From: Paraglomus brasilianum
Lineage: Eukaryota
Assembly (NCBI GenBank): GCA_910592345.1
Contig: CAJVPI010000100.1
Coordinates: 1-54,212 of the forward strand
Reading direction: 5' to 3'
Length of the DNA: 54,212 nucleotides
Shown: one piece after another, positions 26,134-37,737 of the stretch
How the letters are laid out: every line of letters begins with the position of its first letter
How positions within the stretch are numbered: position 1 is the stretch's first letter
Notes under the pieces: generated by a model
The model's database searches: none
Seen by the model: the letters and a program-made list of their open reading frames with translations, nothing else
What the model was told of the DNA's origin: nothing
Made by a program: the position numbers and the translations under genes

Positions 26134-28194
26134 TATATGGATATGTTTTTTAAAAGGCAGTTATAGATGGAGGAAATTATATTGTAGTAAGTAGATATGC
26201 TCAAGTTGCAAAGTAGATGCAAGAAAATTTTGTAAAAAAACAAAGCTTTGTAATAATAAACTTGTAAAATTTGAATGATAAAGCTTAAGAGAGAACAAAT
26301 GTTGTAATAGTAAAAAAAAATTCGACAGAGCTGCAGGAGTTGTCACTAAAGAAGCATAGTAATTTAAATTAGTTTATCGTCTCAAAGGTTATCAACTTTC
26401 CTTACATTTGCAATATAATAATGTAAAAGTATTGCCAAAGCTCACTAAGCAATAGAAAAAACAAAAACTAAAATTGTTTATAAGCAAATTTTTCAATGGC
26501 TTCGATTACAACCCATTTTACTACATAATGATGAATATGTTGGTTGCATAGCTAGCCTTTAAATCTGCCCTCTATGCTGAGAATAATATTTGAAGCAATT
26601 AGCTAGATTTGTTTTGTTTTGGTGGGTTTCTAATTTCCGCTTCAAAAGAATATCAATAAATGAAATACACAAGAGTATTCTAACTATTTTTTGAATTGAC
26701 TTCGAAAGTCGAGATTATTGAGTTTGAAGAATAAATACTTATTATGTAAGTAGAATTTATCAACGTTATGTCAAAACCTTTAAATGCCTTTTGCCGTAGT
26801 AATTTTGCAATCGGCTATTTGTCTTAAATATGCTTTATGCAGCTTGTGGATCTGGATATGACAAACCTTAAAGGAAATTTAATACTGGATTTAATGAAGC
26901 AAAATGTCTGCAACGTCTCCTTCGATAATCCAGATTTACTGTGTATTAGTGTTGCCTAATACAGAATAGGTTACAACCATCTATACTTTGTCTATGTCCG
27001 GGGCTTTTTTTCTCATTAGCAAACTTATCTGTATACATATACTTGGATCGTTACTTTCTTAAATGAGTATTACTGTGGTTATTCGCGTCAGTCAATTACG
27101 TTACCTTGGATCGCTCACACGATAAAAGTTTGCTTATTAAACAATCTTGAGTACAGTATACAAAACAATAATAAACGGTAGACATAACTACGATATTTTT
27201 ATCTTATTTTGTACAGTTGTCATCATAAAATGGACTCTCGAACAATCGTTGTATGTTGGTAATCGATAATATCGTCAAAGATTTATTGTGCAACATGCCG
27301 TTTATTAAAAGTTTATTGAATATAACGCTTCTTACGGACCAAAAGGCACCTGCCCATAATGCCTATCTTTTTCTGAACTTGCTGTAGATGCTTTGCTTTT
27401 GACTCAAATTAATCTTTAAAGCAATACCGTCATTGATTTTTGTGTTGCATTCATTAACCATGTCAGAAATTAACGGCTGTAATTCTTCTTATCTAACTTT
27501 TTCGATCAAATCCAATGCCTTGCGATAGATATTAATAGAAATACTTCATGAGTACAAATTAACTGATGTCATACAAGAAAGGTTTGATACCAAACTTGAT
27601 ACACCAAGTAAAGCTATACATTCTCTTTGTGTCAATGCCAATGTTAGGCAACAGACGTTCGTAGAGCATTAAACTGACACATTAAAGTGCGAAGTTCCGC
27701 AAATGAACATATGCCAATCAAAGTTCTCCGCCCATGTGAATTTAGAATGGCTGTTCACTTCTCTGTAGTTCGTTTTAGGAGTTGAAAGTTTGTATGAAAG
27801 TCGTGAGTAGCAATAGTTGGTATGGATTATTATTATGTTACGTAGACTTTAAACGCATTTCCTATCTAGCTTCGTGGCATGTGTTATCAGAACATATAGT
27901 GTATTAGATACACATTCGATGAAAGAAATAAGTAAGGCTCATGGCGTTTCCACTCCCTGTGTCTATATCATGACCAAACTTGCAGTTGAAAAGAATTTCA
28001 TCGGTAATGAGATATAATTAGTAGTGATAAATCCGAATACTATACATAGCTGCCAACAAAGTTGGTGATTAAAGACAAACTCGGTAGTAAATTATGTAGC
28101 CTAAAAAGCGTTCATGTTCTCGGTGATTTTTGATACTTACCAAGCGAAACATTGTTTTCTGGATGTCACTCAAAAATGGTAAATTGACCAATGT

Positions 28195-28239
28195 AAATTT
28201 GAATGCAATGATAAATTTGAATGCAATGATAAATTTGAA
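28195..28239. repeat. 18-bp tandem duplication (AAATTTGAATGCAATGAT, 2.5 copies)
   Basis: Directly visible. Confidence 0.85.
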
Positions 28240-31200
28240 ACAATAAAGCTGCAAGAATGAAAGAAAAGGTTCGCCCGAAACTTTATATTTATACATTACA
28301 AAATTTGAGACAATCGTTCTATAATGGGTTGGGTTTAATCACCCGAACGAGTCATATGTTTGGGAGGAGGAACAACGATGAAAGTAATAAAGTTTTATTA
28401 AGTTGATTGGGCGTGCTAACCTGCTTGAGAACAAACATGTGTTTTTTCGTAAGCTCTTAACAACCTTTCCAGCAATATTTGCATCAATGGTAAATTTGTG
28501 TTAATTAACACATAAGACATATAAAGCTTATAGCAACAGACCGCCTAAAAAAGCCTATAGTGACAATAACGATTGGGTATACGATATACTGACTTACCTA
28601 TGCTGTGTTGTGTGGAAGAGCCATTGTCTGATGGATCTATTTAATTAGTTGCATAAAATTTGACTTGCTTGATGAACAAATATGGTTATAAACAAATTTA
28701 TCTGAGTGCGAACGATGGGGTATTGCAGCTAGCCGTGCAGCAGTAGCAGCAGTTCGCTTCGTAATAGACGTACAAAGAAGTTTGTTTCTTTTATGAGCGG
28801 AGACTGCATAATTGGCTGCCAAGAACGAGCCAATGCCATATGCATTTGCATCTCACTCAAACTGCTTAAAACCCCCTTCCCCTTGTCTTCCAAATTGGTA
28901 TAAATGGAATAATGATAAGAATGGAATCACATAATGATAAGAATGGAATCATATATTTTAATACCCAACATTGTCGAGAGATAAATTAGAACGACGTAAT
29001 AATCTTGTGGGATGGATTATTCCGAGAATGAGACATTTTCCTTCTAATTATTATTATTATTTGCCATGTTACGAAATACATATGGCAATCTGCATTTTTG
29101 CATATTTTGCAGTATCGTTGGGACCTGCATTAGCTGTATCTTTTGAGCGTATCGCTACGTGTAACTATAATAAGGACAGCGATCGCCATGTTTTGGTTTT
29201 ATCTTTACTTTTTTAGTCGCAATCCTGTTGAAGGTTTACTTGCTCCCCAAAACCCCTTTGTCTTGTATGGAGTGTTGGGGTCCGTGTGGCAGTTTGGTCC
29301 AACGCGTCAGGCCAGATGGTAATAGGCTAACCTATGCATGAATCATGGTGATAGTATACAGAGTTTGGCTAGGGAAGGGGCAGGGCGTCAAACCTGTTTA
29401 TTATAAATAAACGTTTTCTTATGGTAAAAATAAAAGGTTCAACGCCGAGATTGTGTGAGAAATCTCGAGATTCTATAAAAAGTATCATTATAAACAGGGA
29501 TGTTCGGCCGCAGTCGTTGATAACCAATAGGCAATATAGGAGCATAATTAGGTTTGCCTCAAAACGCAAGTTCATACTGATTGATATCTGGAGCAAGGGT
29601 CGGCCGCGCAGCTTTGTATGAATATACCCGAAGCTTCTTTTTTCCATTTGGGGAATTCGAAGTTGCCGATTCCAAAAAAAAAACCCAAAAAACCATAATG
29701 TGTTACCAGACCAACAATATTAAGCGCACTTTGTGATAGGGATATTCCCATTAACATTAATATACTATTGAACAGTAATATCATTTATATATATATATAT
29801 GATTTTAATATGTACTTTTTAATAACAAGGTAATGGAGCGGGGATATTATATCTTATACTTTTTTACATCTAGTTCCGTCGTCCAATAGACAGACACCTA
29901 CATTCTCCGCCACAGCTGCCGATTACTGACTTACAAGATGTTTAATGTACATCTAAATATCAATTTGTCATCACCAATGCCCACATGTGGTATAACACAT
30001 GCTCACACTCACCTTGTAATTCGATAAATATGGAATATAGCAGCAGGTTCACAATTAGGCATCGGGAAAATCTGGCAAGCGTGAATATCGCACGCCGTTT
30101 GCGTCTTGCAAAAGCAACCTGTCTTTTTGTTTTGCCTAGTCGCAAAGGGTATTGAAATATCGTGGTCTATATTAGCGTCTCATACAATATTGCGTGGTTC
30201 CCATTCGTTCGCAGCCGGGTGCACAAGCAGCCAGGATCTGTCTATGCTATACGTTAATACTATATACACATTGCATGATCTCGCTACTAACTATTGTTCT
30301 TGTTACACAACAAACCCAATGATGATGACAGATCCTAATTGTAAGCCCATATTAATATGTAGTCATTAAAAATGTAGTCATCCAAAACTACATCCAGTGG
30401 GAACAAAGAGTAAGAGTGTGAAATTCCAGGCATCGCCACTAACCATATAATCAATTTGTAATCTCTTTGAAATATTATTCGGCCGGCACCGGCACTAATC
30501 TTGTGTAGAGACGTACTTTTTTTTTTTTTTTTGGCTAAAAGCACTCGAGCATCCTGTCTGTCGTTGTCTTTATCACAATAACAATAATTGTTCATAGACT
30601 CGATCTAGATTCTTATTTGTCGTCCTTGTCCTTGAATTTCTTTGTGATTTCATTCCTTATTTTTCTGATTTGCCTTTTTTCAGACAATGAATAACAATAC
30701 CCTAACCTTTAATATGGCAATAACGGGACGGTATAAAGCGGTAAATTTTTGTAGGCTGTAACATTCAAGGAGCAGAGGCAGTTCTAATTGAAAATTCTTT
30801 CAAATAGTTTCCATCGACCATCACCAACCACAATCAAACAAGGACGGTTTGTGCGAAATACACAACAGAAGATGAATGGCGATGTAACAGTAAATCACCC
30901 TTTGAGGGTGAGACGAAGGAATCGGTATATTTGTCAACATAAATTGGGATGAGACCGATGTGTTGATGTACCGAGGGACGAAACCTCATTTCCAAAAACA
31001 CACAGCCCATCAAGTCGATAGGTTTGCTTGTATCGTATCTGTATCTCACCGGACATCTTGCTATTATTAAATACCCGCATGCAGGCAAGCTTAATTAAAT
31101 AAAATTATCCAATACCAAATGTTTTGATGAAAATAGAGTTAGCAAGTTGTCTAGGAAACCTTGTCTGATACATGAGCAATCATGCAATTTTTTCCCCTGT

Positions 31201-32571
31201 TACATTATATTATTCTCTTTATGGCACACCTTTGCATTCTATTCGCTTGTGGGTGTAATTCTATTTGTTCTATTTGATTCCAAGTTCTTTGGAACGTCGC
31301 GATGCATGAGAAATATGTTGTAATCCTTACGGAAATAGTAAATAAATAAATAGATGGACAGATAGATAGTTTAACTTTTTATTTATATGTGGTATATATA
31401 ACGCGTCTACTAAGAATAATATGCAGAGTCTAAAAGAAAACAAAGAGCTTTCGAATATAGAGTGGGTGGGAAATATCACAAGTATTATGATTGTCTGACT
31501 TTTGCCTAATTGAGTATATTCTATAAGCTTCTGCCATGAAAGCCTGTCAGCTGTCAGTCACGTTCAAGGGTCGATCCGCAAGATCATTTGTTGTTGGGAT
31601 TTCCCTCTTCGTTTTCGACCATTAACAGTTCTTTGATAAGGAGGCAGATTGCCCCCCGCCCCCCTCCCGTCCCCGTTCCGCCCCCCTCCCACTCGCCCTC
31701 CCCTGTTTGGGTAGAGTGTGATTTATTGCGATATATATGAATACGAGCGGTTGATTGGGATGGCCTGCCAATGTGTGCAAGTAGCATTCACTTTTCTCTA
31801 TCTCAAAATTCCCGTATTCAAACATAATGCATGTCTGCTTTCTAAACTCTAATTCTCTTGCTTCATACTGGTACATCACCCTCAACACTTTTCGAACACA
31901 GTCATTATAAATATATTATATAAAGACCAATGAATAGAATAGTATACAAATAATGTAATGTAACATATACTACATATATAATGTAGAACCATAATTATAT
32001 TTTGTGCGTTCTATAAACTGCATCGATTATCAATGTGTTTACCTAGTCTAATGGTTAATATTAATATACATCGATAAAGACGTAACGAAACGCAATTCCC
32101 ACTACAGTTTATTTATTAGCATATGCACATCTATCACGCAGTATTTATATTATTAAACCCATTCAATCATATTACCTATATTCCCTATTACTATATTGCT
32201 ATATTGCCTCACCCCTAATAAACTAATGATTTTTTTGCTGATCAAAATCGGCATATCACAACCGATATAAAATGCTGGGCTCCCCCAGCGTCTTCGAATT
32301 TTTTTGTTGTCGTCAAGTTTATAGTGTCAATCTCATTATATCACCAGTCTCTGATTCTCACCTAATATTCCCCGTACCCAGCTTCCTGCGGTGTCGTTAG
32401 TTCGTTCAGAACGCACCTATACAGGCTAACACTTCTTTGTAGAAGTAATACATCGTACATTCTTTACAACTCTAGGAAATAATTACCCTGCCCTTGAAAA
32501 TTCAAATGCCTGTAGTGGCTATTTACAGCCGGATATCTCTATTCTTAGTTGTATGAAAAACAAAAGGCAAT

Positions 32572-35500
32572 ATGGGGTCAAATCCCATAAACCAGAGTCA
32601 TGGCAGACAGGTAAGAGATAATTAATTAAAGACGATATGAAGATACCCGTCTTATCAATGCCCCCCCCGTATATAAGTGGTGCATATATGCAAAGTGACG
32701 AAACTTGCCCGCATTTATTCACATACATAAACATATCCACTTTCCCCTCCGCGACGTCTTTCTTATTCAACGTCAATGCTTACGCATGCTTTCCTCTATC
32801 CATTAGCTCACCTTCTCCACCCAAACATTGATTTTTGGAGACTGTCTTGGCAGGGGAGCATTTGGCTCTGTCTACAAGGCACTGAATCTGCAGACTGGAC
32901 AAGCAGTTGCTGTAAAGCAGATAAAACTTACAAATATTCCCAACTCGGAGCTTGACGTTATCATGGTGAGTATATCATCGCATTATTTGTAATTTGTCTA
33001 ACTGATATTCATTGTTAATTATTGAGAGAATTTGATTGGTGACTCACATGCATGCATCTTTTGCATTACGGATTAGATGGAAATTGATCTATTGAGTAAT
33101 CTAAATGTAAGTCGAAAAGAGAAAAGTTTGATCTTATCTGGTCATTCATTGCCCCTACTTATCCCATTTCAATAACTTTTCGGTCATTTCTGCCAGCATC
33201 CCAACATTGTCAAATACATTGGTTCGGTCAAAAACGATGACAATTTGTATATTATTCTGGAGTAAGTATTCTCTCCTTTTCCTTCCGTCTTGTTTAGTTG
33301 GGAAAAATACCAAAACACACATGCAAATTACCTACTTTCGGATCATCGTGAGACTTTGCATCGCCCATCATGGTTAGATTTGATTTCAACCAATCGGCGA
33401 AGAGCTATTAAATTTAGTCATGTGATTGTGACTAATATTCACACTAACCATGCGCTGTCACACATTATTCATTATTACATACGTATTAAAAAAAACTCTA
33501 CTCATATTTCACCCCCATATCCACATTCTTTAGATTTTGCGAGAATGGCTCTCTTCATACCATGTGCAAAAAGTTTGGCAAGTTTCCCGAAGACTTGATT
33601 GCACGTTACATCGGTCAAGTGCTTCAAGGCTTAATATATCTTCACGACCAAGGTGTAATCCATCGTGACATCAAAGGAGCAAATATTCTCACCACTACGG
33701 AAGGTACCGTCAAATTAGCCGATTTCGGTGTTGCCACCAAGACCAGCGCGCTCAACGATTATGCTGCAGTTGGCTCACCATATTGGATGGCACCTGAAAT
33801 AATCGAATTATCCGGGGCGACGACTGCATCGGACATATGGAGTGTAGGTTGTGTGGTAATCGAATTGCTCGAAGGAAAGCCACCCTATTATTATCTAGAG
33901 CCATATCCCGCCCTCTTCAGAATGGTACAAGATGAGCATCCTCCACTACCAGAGAGTGCTTCGCCGGCTGTTAAGGACTTTTTAAAGCAATGTTTTCAAA
34001 AGGATGCTAACTTGCGTGTTTCTGCCAAGAAACTACTCAAACATTCATGGATTGCCAATGCGAACAAGAAATACACTGACAGCATGCGCCAGATCATAAC
34101 GCAACCTGGTTACTATGAGGATGTGCAACGTGTGCAGGAATGGAATGAACTCATTCAATCTCCATCCGATTCACATGAACCCGTATTAGTAACGAGACCA
34201 CGAGCCGATTCATTTCCTTCGAAGCTACCATTATCACCTTTTCTAAATCAGCACTACAACAATCAAAACCTCGCTGTTACCGGTTCATCGACTTCTATGC
34301 AATCTTTATCTGACTACGACTCGGATGAATGGGGAACAAGTATACCATCTCGTCGAAATAGGAGAAAAATAATGGAGCCAGAGCCTGAGGGTGAGGAGAA
34401 TTGGGATGATGTCCAATTTGATTCGATGATGATGAATAAAATGTTCGGGAGGAGCGAGCCACTTGACTATGTTGGAACTATTGAGGAAGAAGTTGAGTAC
34501 GAGGATGACAACCGCACTATTCGAGTATCTGGCTTTGCACCACAGCAAGAACAGGTCTTTACAGGGAGTGGATCGAATAAAGGTAAAGAAAGAGCTGACG
34601 ATAGTCAGCCTGAATCATCGTCTATGCAAAGAACGTTGATCGAAGGCCATTCTCGACCAAGAGCACGTTCGCAACAGCACCGCAAGAGGCGATCATGGCT
34701 AGGTAGAAAGCACGAATACGGTAAAAAGTTGTCTGGTAGGCCGACGTCAGCCCCGGTTTCATCGGCTTCCAACGATCTTCCCGCAAACATGAAAGACCCC
34801 TTTTCGCAACCTATCTTCCCGGATGGGCATACAATAATCCTCCTCGAGAAGCCTCTGCCGCCACTCCCACCCATCAAAGTAATTCAACCCCCACCTCAGT
34901 CATCAGATGAGTCTCATTATGTAACACCACCAATATCTCCCCCCATGTCGCCAATTATTGAAAACCAAACGACTGCAATCCCCAATATTACGGCAGAACC
35001 ATCTGGTTCACGAAGTTCACAAAAGCTTCGTTTGTATCAAGAAGTTGATGAAGACTCCTATGACGATGCTTTTCGAGATGATCAAAATCTCAAATTAAAC
35101 ATGCAACATTCGAACAAGAGTTGGTTGAGAGATGATCTTAGTGACGAGGATGATCCTTTTATGGAAATTAGCGAGGAATTTGGAGAAATGGATCTCAAGG
35201 CTAATATCGCAAGAGATAAATACGCGAGGGCGTGTTCTCAACTTGCTGTGTTAATAAATCAGTTGCAACCAATTACCGCAGAGGACAGTTTGCTCAACAG
35301 TTGTATTCAGTTGATGGATCTGTTAACAGAGTATAAAGAACTGAAGAATCACTTGATAATAGTTCATGGAGTAATCCCAATATTAGAGACACTCGAATTA
35401 TGTTCGTCTGAGCGCGTTGTGGTGAGGCTGCTGAAGATTGTTAACTTTATTATCGAAGATAATAAGAACTTGCGAGAGAAGCTGTGTGTAGTTGGAGGTG

Positions 35501-36957
35501 TTCCCGTTATCATGAACTTTGCTTCGAGGCCTTACTCGTACGAAATAAGACGAGAAGCTGCTATATTTATCAAACGAATGTGCTATACATCGACACTGAC
35601 TCTACAAATGTTTATTTCTTGTCGAGGATTAAAAAAGTTGGTGGGCTTTCTAAACGAGGCTTACGAACAACACAAGGAATTAGTATGGATTGGTGTCAAT
35701 TGTGTTTGGAATGTATTCCAGCTGCCGGGGCCAACAACAAAGAACGACTTTTGTAGATTATTCGCCAAGAGTTCGCTGCTCGATCCATTATCGGTGACTC
35801 TAGAACACGCCCTTTATGATTCCAACCCTTCAGTGACGAAATATATTGATCGGATTGTAAATATCTTCCTATTATTCTCACAAACCGAAGCTGAATCAAT
35901 GGTTAATGGCAGAGTGATTTCTCGATTATTCGATATTTTGAATAAACTACCGCCTAATCTACACGTAGTTATGTTAAAGTGTATTAAGAATCTTTCTATG
36001 AATTCTAATACTCTTGAAGCATTGGAGAATGTCGACGCTATCGAAGTGCTTACAGAAATACTGGTTAAAAGCGCTCCCACCTACTCACCGGAAATATCCA
36101 ACCAAGTACTCAATACAATGTACAATTTATGCAGAATAAACAAGACCAGGCAAGAGAAAGGAGCCAGAGCTGGTATAGTGCCTCATCTAATGTATTTCGT
36201 CGAGAAGCGGATGACACTTAAGCAGTTTGCACTTCCAATACTGTTTGATATGGCACATGCAGGCAGAACATGCCGTAACATATTGTGGCAGCACAATGGA
36301 CTTCACTTTTATCTATCATTGTTGACCGATCCATATTGGCAAGTTAATGCAATGGAGTCTATATTGACATGGCTGCAAGAAGAGCCAGCAAGAGTGGAGC
36401 CAATACTACTGGAACGGAAAAGCTACGAGTTTATAATAAGAGCGTTCATCGGTGCCAAGGCTAATTCATTTGAGAATATACTAGAACCATTGTATATGAT
36501 CACACGCCTATCTAATCAATTAACAATTGCATTAGCCAGGCCAAACTTCTTTCGTCATCTTCTTAATCGTTTGAATCATCCGAAAGCCGTTGCACGAGTT
36601 AATTTGCTGAGAATATTAAAGACAATATGTGAAGCTGATCATTCAGTAGTAGCCAAATATGGACTTTTCGACGTGGTAACAAGAGTAAGCCAAGAAGATG
36701 GCTCCATGTTAGTCAGAGAGCTCGCAAGAGAAGTGCTCGAACAAGCGTATTTCGTCCCTTCAGCGACAACCTCTCGTTCGTCCTTGATTCCTACTACGCC
36801 TGCACCCGAAACCATTAAAGAGGAGGATGAACAACAGGGAAATATTGGAATTGGTGGAGCTAGCGTAGGTGATACTGATGATCCACAACTGGATATTCCA
36901 CCTGAACAACGCGACTTGCCAAAATCTGACCATGCAGGAAGCGGAAATGGCAGTTGA
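32572..36957 (+). CDS. CDC15: Cdc15/Cdc7/SepH-family STE-group kinase (mitotic exit / septation network) with a C-terminal ARM-like helical region, about 1238 aa. Exons 32572-32610, 32807-32965, 33077-33106, 33197-33261, 33534-36957.
   Basis: The spliced product reads MGSNPINQSHGRQ|LTFSTQTLIFGDCLGRGAFGSVYKALN...VAVKQI...VIM|MEIDLLSNLN|HPNIVKY...YIILE|FCENGSLH...HRDIKGANIL...DFG...GSPYWMAPE. All four introns are GT-AG and phase-consistent. C-terminal blocks TLTLQMFISCRGL and LKQFALPILFDMAHAG match SepH/Cdc7 as recalled. Confidence 0.92.
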
Positions 36958-37737
36958 CTAGTTGCGGTTCAAGTGGAAAACACGCAGACGGAAAGTCTTT
37001 CTCCTACTGATAACACTCTTCGTCGCCATCGACCATCTACATCTTCACTCTCCCCTCTCCCGCAGCGTCAACAGTTTCCCCGTCGTCCATTATCGTCACC
37101 ATCAACCTTAACGCCAGAGATTACCCGTCTTATATATTCTCCGCGACCACCATCCCCTAGACCACGGCCAACTTCTATGTCATCAAGTCCACATACTCGT
37201 CCAGCATCCACATCATCAACTTATACTCACACCCGACCAGTTTCTACATCCTCATCCTTGACACCTCAAACGAGACCTTCGTCGTCTTCGTCGTCGTACT
37301 CGTTAGGACCTTTGTATCCTTTGCCTCCTAAACAACATGCTAACGTTACGGATTCTCAAGGGAGAACAGCAGCAAGTGGGAATATAGCTACCTCTACAAA
37401 TTCCTCAACGACCTCGGTTGATTTTCCATACGAGAGTATTAGAAAGAGACAAGACAGTCGGACAATTAAAAAATTAACTCTGCAGAAATCCTTTGAACTG
37501 CAGAAGCTCAGTGGTCAAAATAACGATACTGAAATTGAGGCCGAGGGTGACACCGAGGGTGCAGATGTTGTTAATAAGATGAATTCAGCGTCATCGAGCC
37601 ATAGCGGCGAAAGCGATGACGGCCATAAGAATACTACAACAGATGCTAACAACACGAGAGGGAGGAGACGATCGGTACCTCAACGGATTATGGGATGGGT
37701 TAAACATGTGGTGCGACGATCAGACAAAAAGCGGTGA
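36958..37737 (+). CDS. In-frame C-terminal extension of the kinase beyond TGA 36955-36957 (259 codons plus stop), a predicted stop-codon readthrough region
   Basis: ...GGC AGT TGA CTA GTT GCG GTT CAA GTG GAA... stays in the kinase frame with no stop until 37735-37737. The listed ORF at 36973 starts at GTG, not ATG. Confidence 0.7.
   Translation, partial: LVAVQVENTQTESLSPTDNTLRRHRPSTSSLSPLPQRQQFPRRPLSSPSTLTPEITRLIYSPRPPSPRPRPTSMSSSPHTRPASTSSTYTHTRPVSTSSSLTPQTRPSSSSSSYSLGPLYPLPPKQHANVTDSQGRTAASGNIATSTNSSTTSVDFPYESIRKRQDSRTIKKLTLQKSFELQKLSGQNNDTEIEAEGDTEGADVVNKMNSASSSHSGESDDGHKNTTTDANNTRGRRRSVPQRIMGWVKHVVRRSDKKR

Noticed and set aside
32600..32610. ATG 32600 as the kinase start
   Set aside because: After splicing it gives MADSSPSPPKH*, which is out of frame. 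ATG 32572 is in frame.
33562..33564. Listed ATG as the kinase start
   Set aside because: It lacks kinase subdomains I-V, which are found in four upstream exons.
36955..36957. Selenocysteine codon
   Set aside because: It lies in a disordered, non-redox context and I could not see a SECIS in the 3' region. The CTAG context points to leaky termination. SECISearch was not run.
36973..37737. Independent 254-aa gene downstream of the kinase
   Set aside because: It starts at GTG only 15 nt after the kinase stop, in the same frame and with no room for a promoter. It is better explained as an extension of the kinase.
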